Position numbers and translations under genes: made by a program
Source of the DNA: Squalus acanthias
Taxonomy: Eukaryota
DNA length: 64,000 bases
Direction of reading: 5' to 3'
Assembly: GCA_030390025.1 (NCBI GenBank)
Contig: CM059432.1
Coordinates: 91,886,001 to 91,950,000 of the forward strand
Notes under the pieces: model-generated
What the model was told of the DNA's origin: nothing
Seen by the model: only the letters and a program-made list of their open reading frames with translations
Databases searched by the model: none
Part shown: positions 52,974-63,920 of the stretch, piece after piece
Layout: every line of letters begins with the position of its first letter
How positions within the stretch are numbered: position 1 is the stretch's first letter

Positions 52974-53716
52974 GGGCCGAAAATTGATCCCGGGACGCGA
53001 GAGTACGCACTGCGTACTCTCGCGTATTCCCACTCCAATTGCCGGTTTTCTGCATGCCCTGCGCATGCGCTGAAAACCGGCAATTGCTCTTCTGAGAAGG
53101 GGGCGGGTCCTGGGTGCATCGCGTGCGCGCTACAGGCTGCGCGCACGCTGTGCACTTCATGCTTTGGACACGCAGGTAAGTAGGGAAGATTTTGGAAATG
53201 TAAAAAGGAGAGTAAGACCCGCTTTTAAGAAGGTAAGTAGTGAATTCAGTATTTTTTTGAATTTTTTTTTACAGGTATATCTTTTTTAGAGACTTTAAAG
53301 ACAGGTAAGTTTATTTTTATAACTTTTTAAAAGATTTTAAATTTTTTCAAAAATTTAATTTTTTATTTAAAATGGTTAATTTAATTAACTATACTTATTT
53401 TATTAATGTGATGGGTTTTTTTAAAATTTAATTGAGGTTTAGCTGTTATTTTGGGGGGGTGTAAGATTCATAGATTTCACAGCAGGTCTGTGAAACTTAT
53501 GAATGGAAGATGGTGTGCTGCCATTGGCTCTAACTGAGTCACGTGATCCCACAGCTCGCACGAATTCACTACGCCGCTGGGATACGCAAGCCCAGCACAG
53601 CTGATGTCTGGAACATCAAGTTCGTGCGAGCTGGATCTGAAAAAGCACAAGCGAGGTGAGACATCGCGGGGAAGGCCTTACCCCCGCGGGAACAGAGCGA
53701 GATCAATTTCTGGGCC
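52974..53716 (+). mobile_element. ~760-bp Harbinger-type MITE, copy C (diverged subfamily)
   Basis: TIRs GGGCCGAAAATTGATC / GATCAATTTCTGGGCC with TSD AAT. Confidence 0.88.
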
Positions 53717-54990
53717 AATATGTGGTCATACCAATTATTCTCTGAACAGTCCCAATATTAATGATTTAGACTTAAATATATATCACAAAATCAGCCAGTA
53801 TCAGAAGTGCCTATTGTACATGTTTCACTCTATAGTGGTATTCCAGTGCATTTTGTCTAAACTGCTACAAATTATTTTTTTCAAGTTACTTTCCCCCTAT
53901 CTTTCCATGGTTCCTTTGCCTAATACAGCATTTCCCAGCAGAGAGGTGGAAGCTGTTCCTATACCTATGCTGTCTTAATTGGCCACCAGGATGTGATGAA
54001 AAGAAATAGTCCAGGGTAACTGATCGATCTGATAAAATCTGGAACCTACTATTTGGTGAACTGCAGATTTTGTTCAAACTTAAAATACAGTCTGTTGTCA
54101 CTCAAAGGGTTATTTCATTTACTAGAAAAAAATCCATTAATTTCATAATTTTTCAAATAGATAAAAAGTATATATTTAGTTTTAATACATAGCCATATCA
54201 AATATAAAAATATAAACCAGAATTATTTTATTATGTACAGCAAGTGATAATCTCTTGCCTGCAAGCACAGCACACAATGAATCGCAGCTAATTCATAGGA
54301 AGTTTCAGACACAGTAAAGGTATTGACACATTTTCCATCAGTAACACTTCAAACAATCGCTAACTTTAAAGGAAAATAAAGGGCAAAAACATATTTGCTC
54401 AATACAGTAATTTACACACAAAATCACAATATATTCTTCATGACACTGTTCCTGTATTTGACACATCTAATCTCAGTAAAACACAACATAAATTAAATCT
54501 AATCCTATTATGATACTTAAACCAAGACTACTTCATAACTGCATAAAACAGTCTCGCTATAAGAACACCAACAGTGGCTGTGCACTGATTGATAGAAGAA
54601 GTATTTCTGCGCACTGACTACTAATATATATTAGGCTCAACATAGATCATCAAATATTGGAAGACTTGTAGAATAAGTCGGGCTATTTTCCAAACAGGTA
54701 TAACACTGAAGACATAGAAATATGGGCCCTGAAATTCCATGGGGGTTCTACGAATCTCCCGCCTGTAACTCTGCAAGAACCCTCGGGGAACTAGCATAAC
54801 TAGCTGAAGATCATTTTCCTGGAGAACTACTGGTTGAAGTTAATGGAAAAGAAAATCGGCCGGAGTGCAAAATGGGCTGCCGATTCGCTATAGCCCATTT
54901 TGAGCTACCACCCGTCATATTTATATCTTTTTAGGTCTAGAGAATATTGCCACAAATTAGAATTTAATCATATTCCCAAAAAAATGCAAT

Positions 54991-55734
54991 GGGCCAGAAA
55001 TTGCTGGGAAGTCATGCCATTATATTGACGTATTAATGGCTCTCGCTATTATTAATTCACGAAATATCCAGGAATTTGCGGACTCAAAGAGATAGACCAT
55101 GAGTTCCAATTCTCCGCAAATGGCTGGACGATTTGCGTTGTTCCGCTGTTAGCCTCGTCAAAGCCGATAATCGTTCCTTCTTGCCGTAAAGCTCTCCATT
55201 GAAGTTAATGGTGATCATTAAACTGCTGGATTGACTGTGCTATTATGAATTATTCCTGTTGCAGCCATATAGGGCTGCTAATCAATGTCATAGAGGACCC
55301 TGTTAATTATGCGATTTATGGTCCTCACAGGACACTCAACGTTGGAGTCCAGAAAGGGAACAATGAAGCTGTGGAGTCTCTCTCTAACAGGTAGTGAATT
55401 GTTCCTAAAGATATTTTCATTCTTTTAATCTATCTTGGCAGTCTTTTTGTGCCATTCTTGCCATCACGCTCCTGTTAGTGTCAGAAGGCAATCATTTTCA
55501 GGACACAATGCTGTTTCAACACTCAGAAGGGGGTCACTCACTCAAATGTAAATTTCCAAGGAGATAAGCAGGACATTCATGAGGTCTCAACTGCGACATT
55601 GACGTCACTGCACCGTTATCCTATCAAAGTTCCAGCAGTTTGTGACGCAAATATAATGCAATGTCAATGGTCAGCATAAAAGTCTAATTAATGTAGCTCG
55701 TTGCCAAACCTGCCATTGCAGCAATTATTGGCCC
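54991..55734. mobile_element. Harbinger-type MITE of a different family
   Basis: TIRs GGGCCAGAAATTGCTG / CAGCAATTATTGGCCC with TSD AAT. Confidence 0.8.
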
Positions 55735-55874
55735 AATAAGTATGTGCAAGGTTAGAGATATTAGGACAAAATCAGAATACGGAAGAGGAAATATTACAGC
55801 TGCAGATGAAGATCAATCCTTCACACATCTCCATGACTGTAATTGCGTGTCTAGCAGACAGATCCACCAAACTC

Positions 55875-56452
55875 TAGGAACATAGGGGCAGGCGTAGGCC
55901 ATTCAGCCCCTCATGCCTGTTCCACCATTCAATGAGATCATGGTTGACCTGTATGTTAACTCCATCCACCTGCCTTGGTTCCATATCCATTTATACCCTT
56001 GTCTAGAAAAAAATCTATCGATCTCAGATTTAAAATTATTAATTGAGCTAGCAGCTATTGTTTTTTGTGGCAGAGAGTTCCACACTTCTACCACCCTTTG
56101 CATGAAGAAGTGTTTCCTAAATTCTCTCCTTGATGGTTTGGCTCTGATTTTACGGTTATGTCCACTTTCACTAGACTCCCCCACCAGCAGAAAAAAATTC
56201 CCTCTATCTACCCTATATCAATTCCTTTCAAAATTCTAAAAACCTCAATCAAATCACCTCTTAACCTTCTATATTCCAGGGAATACAAACCTAGTTATGT
56301 AATCTCTCCTCATAATCTAACCCTTGGAGCCCTGGTAACATTCTGGTGAATCTGCGCTGCACTCCTTCCAAGGCCAATATATCCTTTCTAAAATGTGGTG
56401 CCCAGAACTGTACACAGTACTCCAGATGTGGTCTAACCAGGGCTTTCTATAG
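55875..56452 (-). mobile_element. CR1 3' fragment
   Basis: [34 protein letters not shown] region; CR1 3'UTR. Confidence 0.88.
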
Positions 56453-57225
56453 CTACGCCATCACCAAGACTGCCTATTTCCACCTCCATAACATCGCCCG
56501 TCTCCGCCCCTGCCTCAGCTCATCTGCTGCTGAAACCCTCATCCCTGCCTTTATTACCTCTAGACTTGACTATTCCAGCACACTCCTGGTCGGCCTTCGT
56601 AAACTTGAGGTCATCCAAAAGTCTGCTGCCCATGTCCTAACTGGCACCAAGTCCCGTTCATCCATCACCAATGTTCCCCCTAAGGTGCACAGGCATGTGG
56701 CTGCGCTCAAGCTGTTGCCGCTGGAAGATACCACACATGCAGCGGCCGTGCAGCAAATTTAAAGGGACCACACAAAAAAAAGTGAACAATGCCCAACACC
56801 CCTGTGCCTGCTGGCCTACATTGGACTCTGGTTAAGCATTGCCTCAATTTTAAAATTCTCATTGCTGTTTTCAAATCCCTCCATGGCCTCGCCCCTCCCT
56901 ATCTCTGTAATCTCCTCCAACCCTACAAAATATCTGCGCTCCTCCAATTCTGGCCTCTTGAGCAGCCCCGATTTTAATCGTTCCACCATTGGCGGCTATG
57001 CTTTCAGCTGCCAAAGCCCTAAGTTCTGGAATTCCCTCCCTAAACCCCTCCAGCCTCCTTTAAGACGCCTCTTAAAACCTACCTCTTTGCCCAAGCTTTT
57101 GGTCGTCTGCCCTAATATCTCCTGATGTGTCTCAGTGTCAAATTTGGTTTGATAATGCTCCTGTGAAGCACTTTGGGATGTTTTACTACAATAAAGGTGC
57201 TATATAAATACAATTTCTGTTGTTG
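56453..57225 (+). mobile_element. L2 3' fragment containing a hAT MITE
   Basis: ITKTAYFHLHNIARLRP..FITSRLDYS and tail GCTATATAAATAC. Confidence 0.88.
56669..56791. mobile_element. hAT-type MITE, same family as 15360-15542
   Basis: CAATGTTCCCCCTAA .. GTGAACAATG with 8-bp TSD TCCATCAC/CCCAACAC, matching the single CCCATCAC in uninterrupted L2 copies. Confidence 0.75.
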
Positions 57226-58324
57226 AGCAACACTTCCTCCCCTTTATATTCTAGCCCTCCAGAACTATCTTGGACTGAATTGCCTGGTCTCAGAACCCAC
57301 AGATTAAGGTAAAATAGACCAAATTATCTGTTCTATTGTGAGCACATTTTTGTCAAAGAGCCCTACAGTTGAGCCTGATGTGAATCCAGAGGCCCTTCTT
57401 GGAGCATATTTATAGATAAAATCCCTGCTATGCCCAGGCGCTATGGAGAATAAAATGGGGTAGAGACTTGTTAGTGTTAAAGGGTCTCCGTCCCTTTAAC
57501 ACTACCCTGGGAATGTTTGAGGCTTCCCTAAATAGGCACAGTTGGGACAATGCTGCAATCGTCGCAGGCCCAGAGCTGCAATGCAAATTAGGCAGAAGGG
57601 AACATTCTCACCCCTCTAGCCTCACTCTCTGGCCATTATAAAGGCTGTGGGTGGTAAATCCGTAAATCACGAACCGTATCTGTCAGAGAGTATCTGATGA
57701 ATCATTATTTCCTTGAACTGCATTGGTGCACCAGGAAGCTGGCATTGGGCCTGGTATGAGAATTCCCCAAAGAGTGGAGGATCTGTGGGGGCCTAACAGG
57801 AAGGTGGAGAGGACCCGAAGGATAAGTTTCCACTTTGTTGAGCAAATCAGCAGATGGTCTTCCCCGAGGCCAGCAAGCATTCCATGCAGCTGCAGCTCTC
57901 TCCTCACTAATTCCATCCCTAATTCACGGTGCTAGGCCCTGCCAGGGGGTGGACCTGTGCCAAAGCTGCGAGTGGGCCATGTTGGCCTGGACAGGTGGAG
58001 TAATCTTCCGATGCACTGTGCCCAGGTTGGGGGAGTAAGAGGGATGACTAGGGTGTAGTCTTTTTGCCAGAAAAATATTTTCAAAATAAATGTACCACAA
58101 AAACCGTAGCAATCAAAGCTGAGCCAAAAACAATCTTGCAGGCTGCTGCACCACCAGAAATGTGGCAGAGTGCATATTCTGTCTGTCAGTCTGTCCCATC
58201 GTTGACTCCTTTTGCAAATCCTGGTGACAGGATCATTAGCATAAAAAAAGGCAGGCACCATGCCGATTACACCTTTTATGTTGAAATTCGGTGATTGATG
58301 GCTGGTGCCATCACCAATAAGGCA

Positions 58325-58620
58325 GTATGCAAGTGCCCCCTTTTAACGGGGCACAACCAATAAACTGCAAATTAAGCCAAATTTAAATTAAACTTAACAA
58401 ATCAAATCAAAATTTTGTTTCTGGGGGTGATGAAACACTCCAGTCCCCACCGGTCGCAGAAGGCCTCAAGCTACATCTCCAGGGACACCTGGGTGTAAAC
58501 ATAAGCACAGAAGAGAGGCAAGCAGTCGGGCCAAACGACCCCCTCGACCACCCGCTTCCTGGACCTGTTAATGGCGACCTTGGCCAGGCCCAGGAGCAGT
58601 CCAACAAGGAGGTCCTCCGA
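58325..58620 (-). mobile_element. Tx1 (L1-clade) LINE 3' end
   Basis: Minus strand EDLLVGLLLGLAKVAINRSRKRVVEG..DCLPLF, typical of a Tx1 ORF2 C-terminus, followed by a short T-rich 3'UTR. Confidence 0.7.
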
Positions 58621-58737
58621 TCTGTCCACTCTAAAGAGCGCTTAATTCTGAAAGTTATTATTGCACCAACACTGAACTGGCCATCCTTCCAACACTGCCC
58701 TGATATAAACCCAGGATCTGACGTTGTGAAGACTCTA

Positions 58738-58809
58738 TGAGCCCGACGTGGTTCGAACAGGCAGCCTTCTGATCTGGAGTCAGACACGCTACCGTTGCAC
58801 CACAGTGAG
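58738..58809 (-). pseudogene. tRNA-Trp(CCA) pseudogene
   Basis: CTCACTG TG GTGC AACGGTA GCGT G TCTGA CTCCAGA TCAGA AGGCT GCCTG TTCGAAC CACGT CGGGCTC A. The anticodon arm is intact, the acceptor stem cannot pair, and there is no immediate TTTT terminator. Confidence 0.85.
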
Positions 58810-59377
58810 CACCCATGCCGATTACAGTGCTCCCTGAGCATCCGTCTGTTGGAGGATCTGGAACTTGAGGAACGCAGAGTTCTTGGAAGGTTGTAGGAGG
58901 TTACAGAGATATCACCCACATTTGGAGAACAAGTGAAAAAACAAAATGTGAATTCCGTTTACTTCCATATGAATCTAATTGCTCCACAAGGTGACATAAA
59001 ATGTAGTTTTTGGATCTCTCCCGCTCTGAGATTCTCACTTGTCTGTGCACCTGTTAGGAAACAAACAGGTCTGCCCTCTTAAACCACAAAGAAAACAAGC
59101 TGCAACATTGGTAGAATCAGCTGAACTGTTACTTAATAGAAGATACGTTTAACTAGTTGAACTCATTTTTATGCAGCTTCTGCAATTTCAAAAGGTATTT
59201 ATGGCAAGCATGGTTTCTGATATTTCTACATAGAAAAATCATCTCTTTATTTGAAGACAATGAGTTGTAGGAACAAAAATAAAATAAATAAGAAGCCATA
59301 CGGACTGTGGCCATTTTCTTTACACACACATCCTCTATAAAGTGTGTAAATTGGTCAAAACTGGTGTTACATTGTCG

Positions 59378-59645
59378 AAAGAAAGAATTTGCATTTATAT
59401 AGCGCCTTTAACGACCTCAAGATGTCCCAAAGTGCTGCACAGCCAATTAAGTGTTTTTCAAGCGTAGTCACTATTGTAATGTAGGGAATTGTGGCAGTCA
59501 ATTTGTCCACAGCAAAGTCCCACAAACAGCAATGAGACAGCGAGAGAATTCCCTCGCTCTTCTTTGAATAGTGCCATGGAATCTTTTATGTCCACCTGAA
59601 AGGGCAAATGAGGCCTCTGTTTAACGTCTCATCTGAAAGACTGAT
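59378..59645 (-). mobile_element. DeuSINE 3' portion
   Basis: Deu-domain remnant GGTGGACATAAAAGATTCCATGGCACTATT and L2-type tail. Confidence 0.8.
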
Positions 59646-59694
59646 GTCTGGTCAACTGGGACATGGACTTGCATTTACTACGCTGACCTTCAAT

Positions 59695-60138
59695 AATAGA
59701 AACATAGAAACATAGAAACATAGAATCTAGGAGCAGGAGTAGGCCATTCGGCCCGTCGAGCCTGCTCCGCCATTCAATACGATCATGGCTGATCATCCAA
59801 ATCCAGTACCCTGTCCCTGCTTTAATCCCCACAGTACACATATCCCACCCTACCCCCGTAACCCCACGTATTTAATTCCGCCTAACATATCCCATCCTAT
59901 CCCCATAACCCCACATATTTAATCCCCCCTAACACTAAGGGTCAATTTATCATAGCCAAATCAACCTAACCCACACATTTTTGGACTGTGGGAGGAAACC
60001 GGAGCACCCGGAGGAAACCCACGCAGACACGGGAAGAATGTGCAAACTCCACACAGACAGTCACCCGAGGTCAGATTCGAACCCGGGTCTCTGGCGCTGT
60101 GAGGCACCAGTGCTAACCACTATGCCACCGTGTTGCCC
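59695..60138 (-). mobile_element. V-SINE (HE1-like) joined to a CR1 3' end
   Basis: tRNA head and V-domain at 59940-60138, a ~50-bp tandem duplication, then a CR1 3'UTR with (TTCTATGT)3. Confidence 0.85.
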
Positions 60139-60306
60139 ACTAATGCAATGATCATACCAATAGAGATTGCACGGATGTATGCAGTTCAAACCTGCACTGT
60201 TATCATGCTTGATGAACCATAAACCAACATGTAGCCATCAACACAGATGCTTAAATTGAAGGGGTATTCTCTTCATGATTAACACAAATGTTATAATAAA
60301 AGTTAA

Positions 60307-60465
60307 TCAGATTTTTGTGAACTTAAATATTTTTCCCCAGCATAAGTTTAAATCTGAAACTTTTTCTTTTATCCTTAGGAACTTCTTTTGTGGGCATTTT
60401 GTCTTGCTCTTGGCTACTGTTTTGGTTGACATCTTTGGTTTCCTGTTGCCATTTTTTCTGCGTTG
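60307..60465 (-). CDS. IL7: Interleukin-7-like cytokine, terminal coding exon (CD loop + helix D)
   Basis: Acceptor CTCTCTGTTCACATTTTGACAG, phase 0. Encodes QRRKNGNRKPKMSTKTVAKSKTKCPQKKFLRIKEKVSDLNLCWGKIFKFTKI*; CWGKIF parallels IL-7 CWNKIL. Convergent with ZC2HC1A. Confidence 0.82.
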   Translation of the reverse strand, partial: QRRKNGNRKPKMSTKTVAKSKTKCPQKKFLRIKEKVSDLNLCWGKIFKFTKI

Positions 60466-60575
60466 CTGTCAAAATGTGAACAGAGAGATTAGACCCGAAC
60501 ATTCCAATAATAAAAACATTTATTTTAATCATTACTACTTTTAGTCAAAACATACCACACAGGTATAACCATATA

Positions 60576-60751
60576 GAAATAACAACAGAAAATGCTGGAA
60601 ACACTCAGCAGGTCAGGCAGCATCCGTGGAGAGAGAAACAGAGTCAACGTTTCAGGTCTGAGACCCTTCGTCATCGACCGGAAACGTTAACTCTGTTTTT
60701 CTCTCCACGGATGCTGTCAGACCTGCTGAGTGTTTCCAGAATTTTCTGGTC
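60576..60751. mobile_element. Foldback Penelope-like pLTR remnant with hammerhead-like core, in the putative IL7 last intron
   Basis: ~70-bp inverted arms CAGAAAATGCTGGAAACACTCAGCAGGTC..AACGTTTC / GAAACGTT..GACCTGCTGAGTGTTTCCAGAATTTTCTG. Exact 10-bp TSD TAACCATATA at 60566-60575 and 60752-60761. Confidence 0.82.
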
Positions 60752-62891
60752 TAACCATATACTTTGTTAATGCTTGCTTAAACATGCAAATAAAAATACA
60801 ATGTTGTTTTATTGCACTTAAAAAGGTATACTGTCAATTCAAATTCAGCTGTGATAATTGAAGCCCAGAGATTACTATTTATAATATTATGCTTTGTCCA
60901 TATTTTAATGGAGGTGTTAATCCATTTATTTTAAGCAGGTTAGTGTCTCTGGTAAAATAGGGGATAAAGGAATCATACAAATGCTTTAAGACTTCCGACA
61001 CTAATATCAGAACCAGTAAATTTCTTACTATAATTTCTTACTATAATAATGGCATCAGATTATCAGCGACTATTATATTTAAAATGAAAACTTTAGTAAT
61101 GTATTGTACAAGCCACTTAAATGGGATAGTCAGAAGGGCCCCGAAAATCTGTCAGCACATCTGTCAATTTGATCCCGGAATAAGTGGCAGCATCTGCCAG
61201 TCGGTGATCTCCAGCGCTGACCCTGCCAAAGTCTGCAGGATCGGGGGAAGTCACCTGATTTAAATAATGGCAATGGGTGTCAACACCACCAGTGGTGCAC
61301 CTTGGGCTCCTGTCTACCAGAGGAGGCTGAAAATAGGGTCCAGGATCTGGGGAAGGAAATGAACCCCTGAAATGATTCCTTACCAGTGAACATTGGTTCC
61401 CTTTATAAGGGGGGGCGATAAATTTGGGCAAAGTTTTTCTGTTCTTTGTGGGTCCAGGCCACAACCAAGACCCTTTGTTGGGAAAATGTTCCATCCATAA
61501 CAAGACCCCATTGAAAGTTTCCAGGAAAGGCCAGGACATGACATCTCCGGGTCTAGGCCTTGCTTGTGCACTTCCAACACACTCCCACCAGATGTTTGGC
61601 AGAGGGCCATGAATTTAGGCCGCAAGATATTTAATACTAACAGAAGCACTTTTAGAGAAGTGTAAAATATATACACATGATCAAATTATTTTCACTTTTC
61701 TGAAAATACTGCCAATGAAGAATATCACATGTCTTACATTTCTGCAATTATACTTGATAATATGAAAGCCTGGAAATTTACAGAAATAATTTGGAAGCAC
61801 ACCTAATTTAAAAAATACAAACACCAGAGAGTTTTGTAATAAGTTATGTGCATAGATATAGTAACAGTATTAATGCTGTTATAATAATCAGCCAGCATGA
61901 GTGAGGCACGATCAAGAACATGACTTCAGTGTTCCCAGTTAGGTGGTCTCAGGCAGGGTTGCAGAGATCAGTGGATAGTGATCACAGGTGCGCTTACTGA
62001 TTTTTCTTGTCCAAAGATACTAAAGTCTCAACTGGTGAGATCAGCTGATTCATACCTGGGGTGCAAATAGGTGGGATGATAGTTTTTCTTAATATTTGTT
62101 GTTGGGATGATCTAGGCAGAGGGCTTTACTAGTCAGGCATAGGCAACTACACACAGTATGGTGGGACTGGAATCACACGGAGGCGAGACCAGGTAGAGGT
62201 GACAGATTAAAGAACATTAATGAAACAGTTGAGTTTTTACAAGAATCCTTTTACAAATCCTTTCATGGTCACTTTTCCAGATTACTAGAATTCTCAATTT
62301 ACCACGGTGGGATTTGAACTCACAATCATTGGATTGCTAGTGCAGTACCATAGTATACAATAATTAGCATGAGAACAAGGAACCAAAGAGGTGATAATTG
62401 TTAAAACAGAGTGCTTTGGTGTACTGATTAGGAGACAAATCGAATGGTTATTGTGGATAAATCAATTGTGGATAAATCAATAAAACCCAATCAGTACAGT
62501 ACACAGCTTCAGTATAAAGAGGAATTAGGGTTTCATTATCAGAGTACAAATCATAAAAGGTTGTATAGTGATAGCGTAAGGCAGTGATCAGACACCATCT
62601 GGAGAATGGTGTGCATTTATTGTCACCTAATCATAGGATGGATATAATTTCCCTTGAGAGAATACACAAGTGAGTAACAGATCGTTCCGAGTAACAGGAA
62701 TTGAAGTTATAAGGAAAATTTAAGGATGTTGGCTTTATTTTCTTTGGGCAAAAAAAGAGAGACTTCAAGACGATCTAACTCATGTTTTCAAGATTATGAA
62801 GTGAATTGACCAAATTGATCCTGGGAAAGCGCTCACTGTGGAAATCAGGGAGAACTTTCTTCATCAGAAGGGTAATAAGAGTTGTGGAATA

Positions 62892-63230
62892 AAGACTTGT
62901 ATTTATGTAGCGCATTATCACATCTCACAGAAACATCTCAAAACACTAAGTACTGCAAGTGTTAGGTAGGCAAATGTGACAGCTATATTGCACACAGCAA
63001 GATCCCACAAAGAGAAGAATCAGAAGTAGTTATTCTATTTTTGGTAGTATTAATTAAGAAAAGAATGTTTATCAGCAGAAGAACTCCTTGCTCTTCTCTG
63101 AATAGTGTCATGGGATCTTTAACGTCCACCTGTACCACCAGATGGAACCGCAGTTTAATATCACATCCAAACGGTGTCATCTTTAACAATGCAGCACTTC
63201 CTCAGTACTGCATTGGACTGTCAACCTAGA
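62892..63230 (-). mobile_element. DeuSINE fragment
   Basis: GGTGGACGTTAAAGATCCCATGACACTATTCAGAGAAGAGCA Deu-domain and L2-type tail. Confidence 0.8.
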
Positions 63231-63782
63231 ATAGAGGTAATTTCCAATTTCACACTCCCAGGCTCATTAATCAGAAGCACGTTGGAAGTCTGGGCAGATG
63301 AACTGTACGGTTTTCTGGCTGTTAATTTGTCAGGAGCATAAAGTTGGAAAATGACCTCTTATGTGCCCCAGTCCTCGATTGAGGCTTGAGCCCATGACCT
63401 TCTGACTCAGAAATGAAAGTAGTACTAACTGAGTTAAGCTGACATGTTGAAGACTGTTGAATAGTATAAATTGGTTCAAGAGACAATTGGATGCATTTTC
63501 AAAGAGAGGAGGAGTGGGAGATGTAGTGGGAAGGCAGGTAGGTTTAGATCTTCCATTAAGAAGAGGTTTGTTTGCATCAAATGGCCTTTCTCTGTGGCTA
63601 AAAGTTCTTATGCTGTAAATGTGGCACAAAGAATCCAGAATTTAAAAATATTTAACCGTGTTAAGCAATGCATCTCTGGTACAGAGTATAGCTGTGCACA
63701 TTCTTGGTCTCCCTCTTTTTAGTTTTAATAAAACTTAAGTAAATATAATAAAATGTGATGTAACCAAATCTTGCTGACATAC

Positions 63783-63920
63783 CTTTTGACTTTTGCAACT
63801 GCATTGCAATGTTTTTTCAGTTTTCCTGGATAAGGTTGTTATCTCCCGATTAAAATCAAAGTTATTGTGTTTAGCAATATAAAATACAGAGCATGTCAAG
63901 CGCTGGACTGAATGAATTTC
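63783..63920 (-). CDS. IL7: Interleukin-7-like cytokine, internal coding exon (helices B-C; 138 nt, phase 0-0)
   Basis: Acceptor TGTGCTTTTATTCTAG and donor AAG|GTATGT. Encodes EIHSVQRLTCSVFYIAKHNNFDFNREITTLSRKTEKTLQCSCKSQK with no stop. Size and pattern parallel human IL7 exon 4 (EGMFL..GDFDLHLLKVSEGTTILLNCTGQ). Confidence 0.82.

Noticed and set aside
60323..60532. 69-aa minus-strand ORF in the track (MIKINVF..)
   Set aside because: Wrong frame. The splice-defined phase-0 frame at 60465-60307 gives the IL-7-like CWGKIF sequence.
61134..61610. Possible further Harbinger-type MITE in the IL7 intron
   Set aside because: The ends are too degraded to define TIRs or a TSD confidently.
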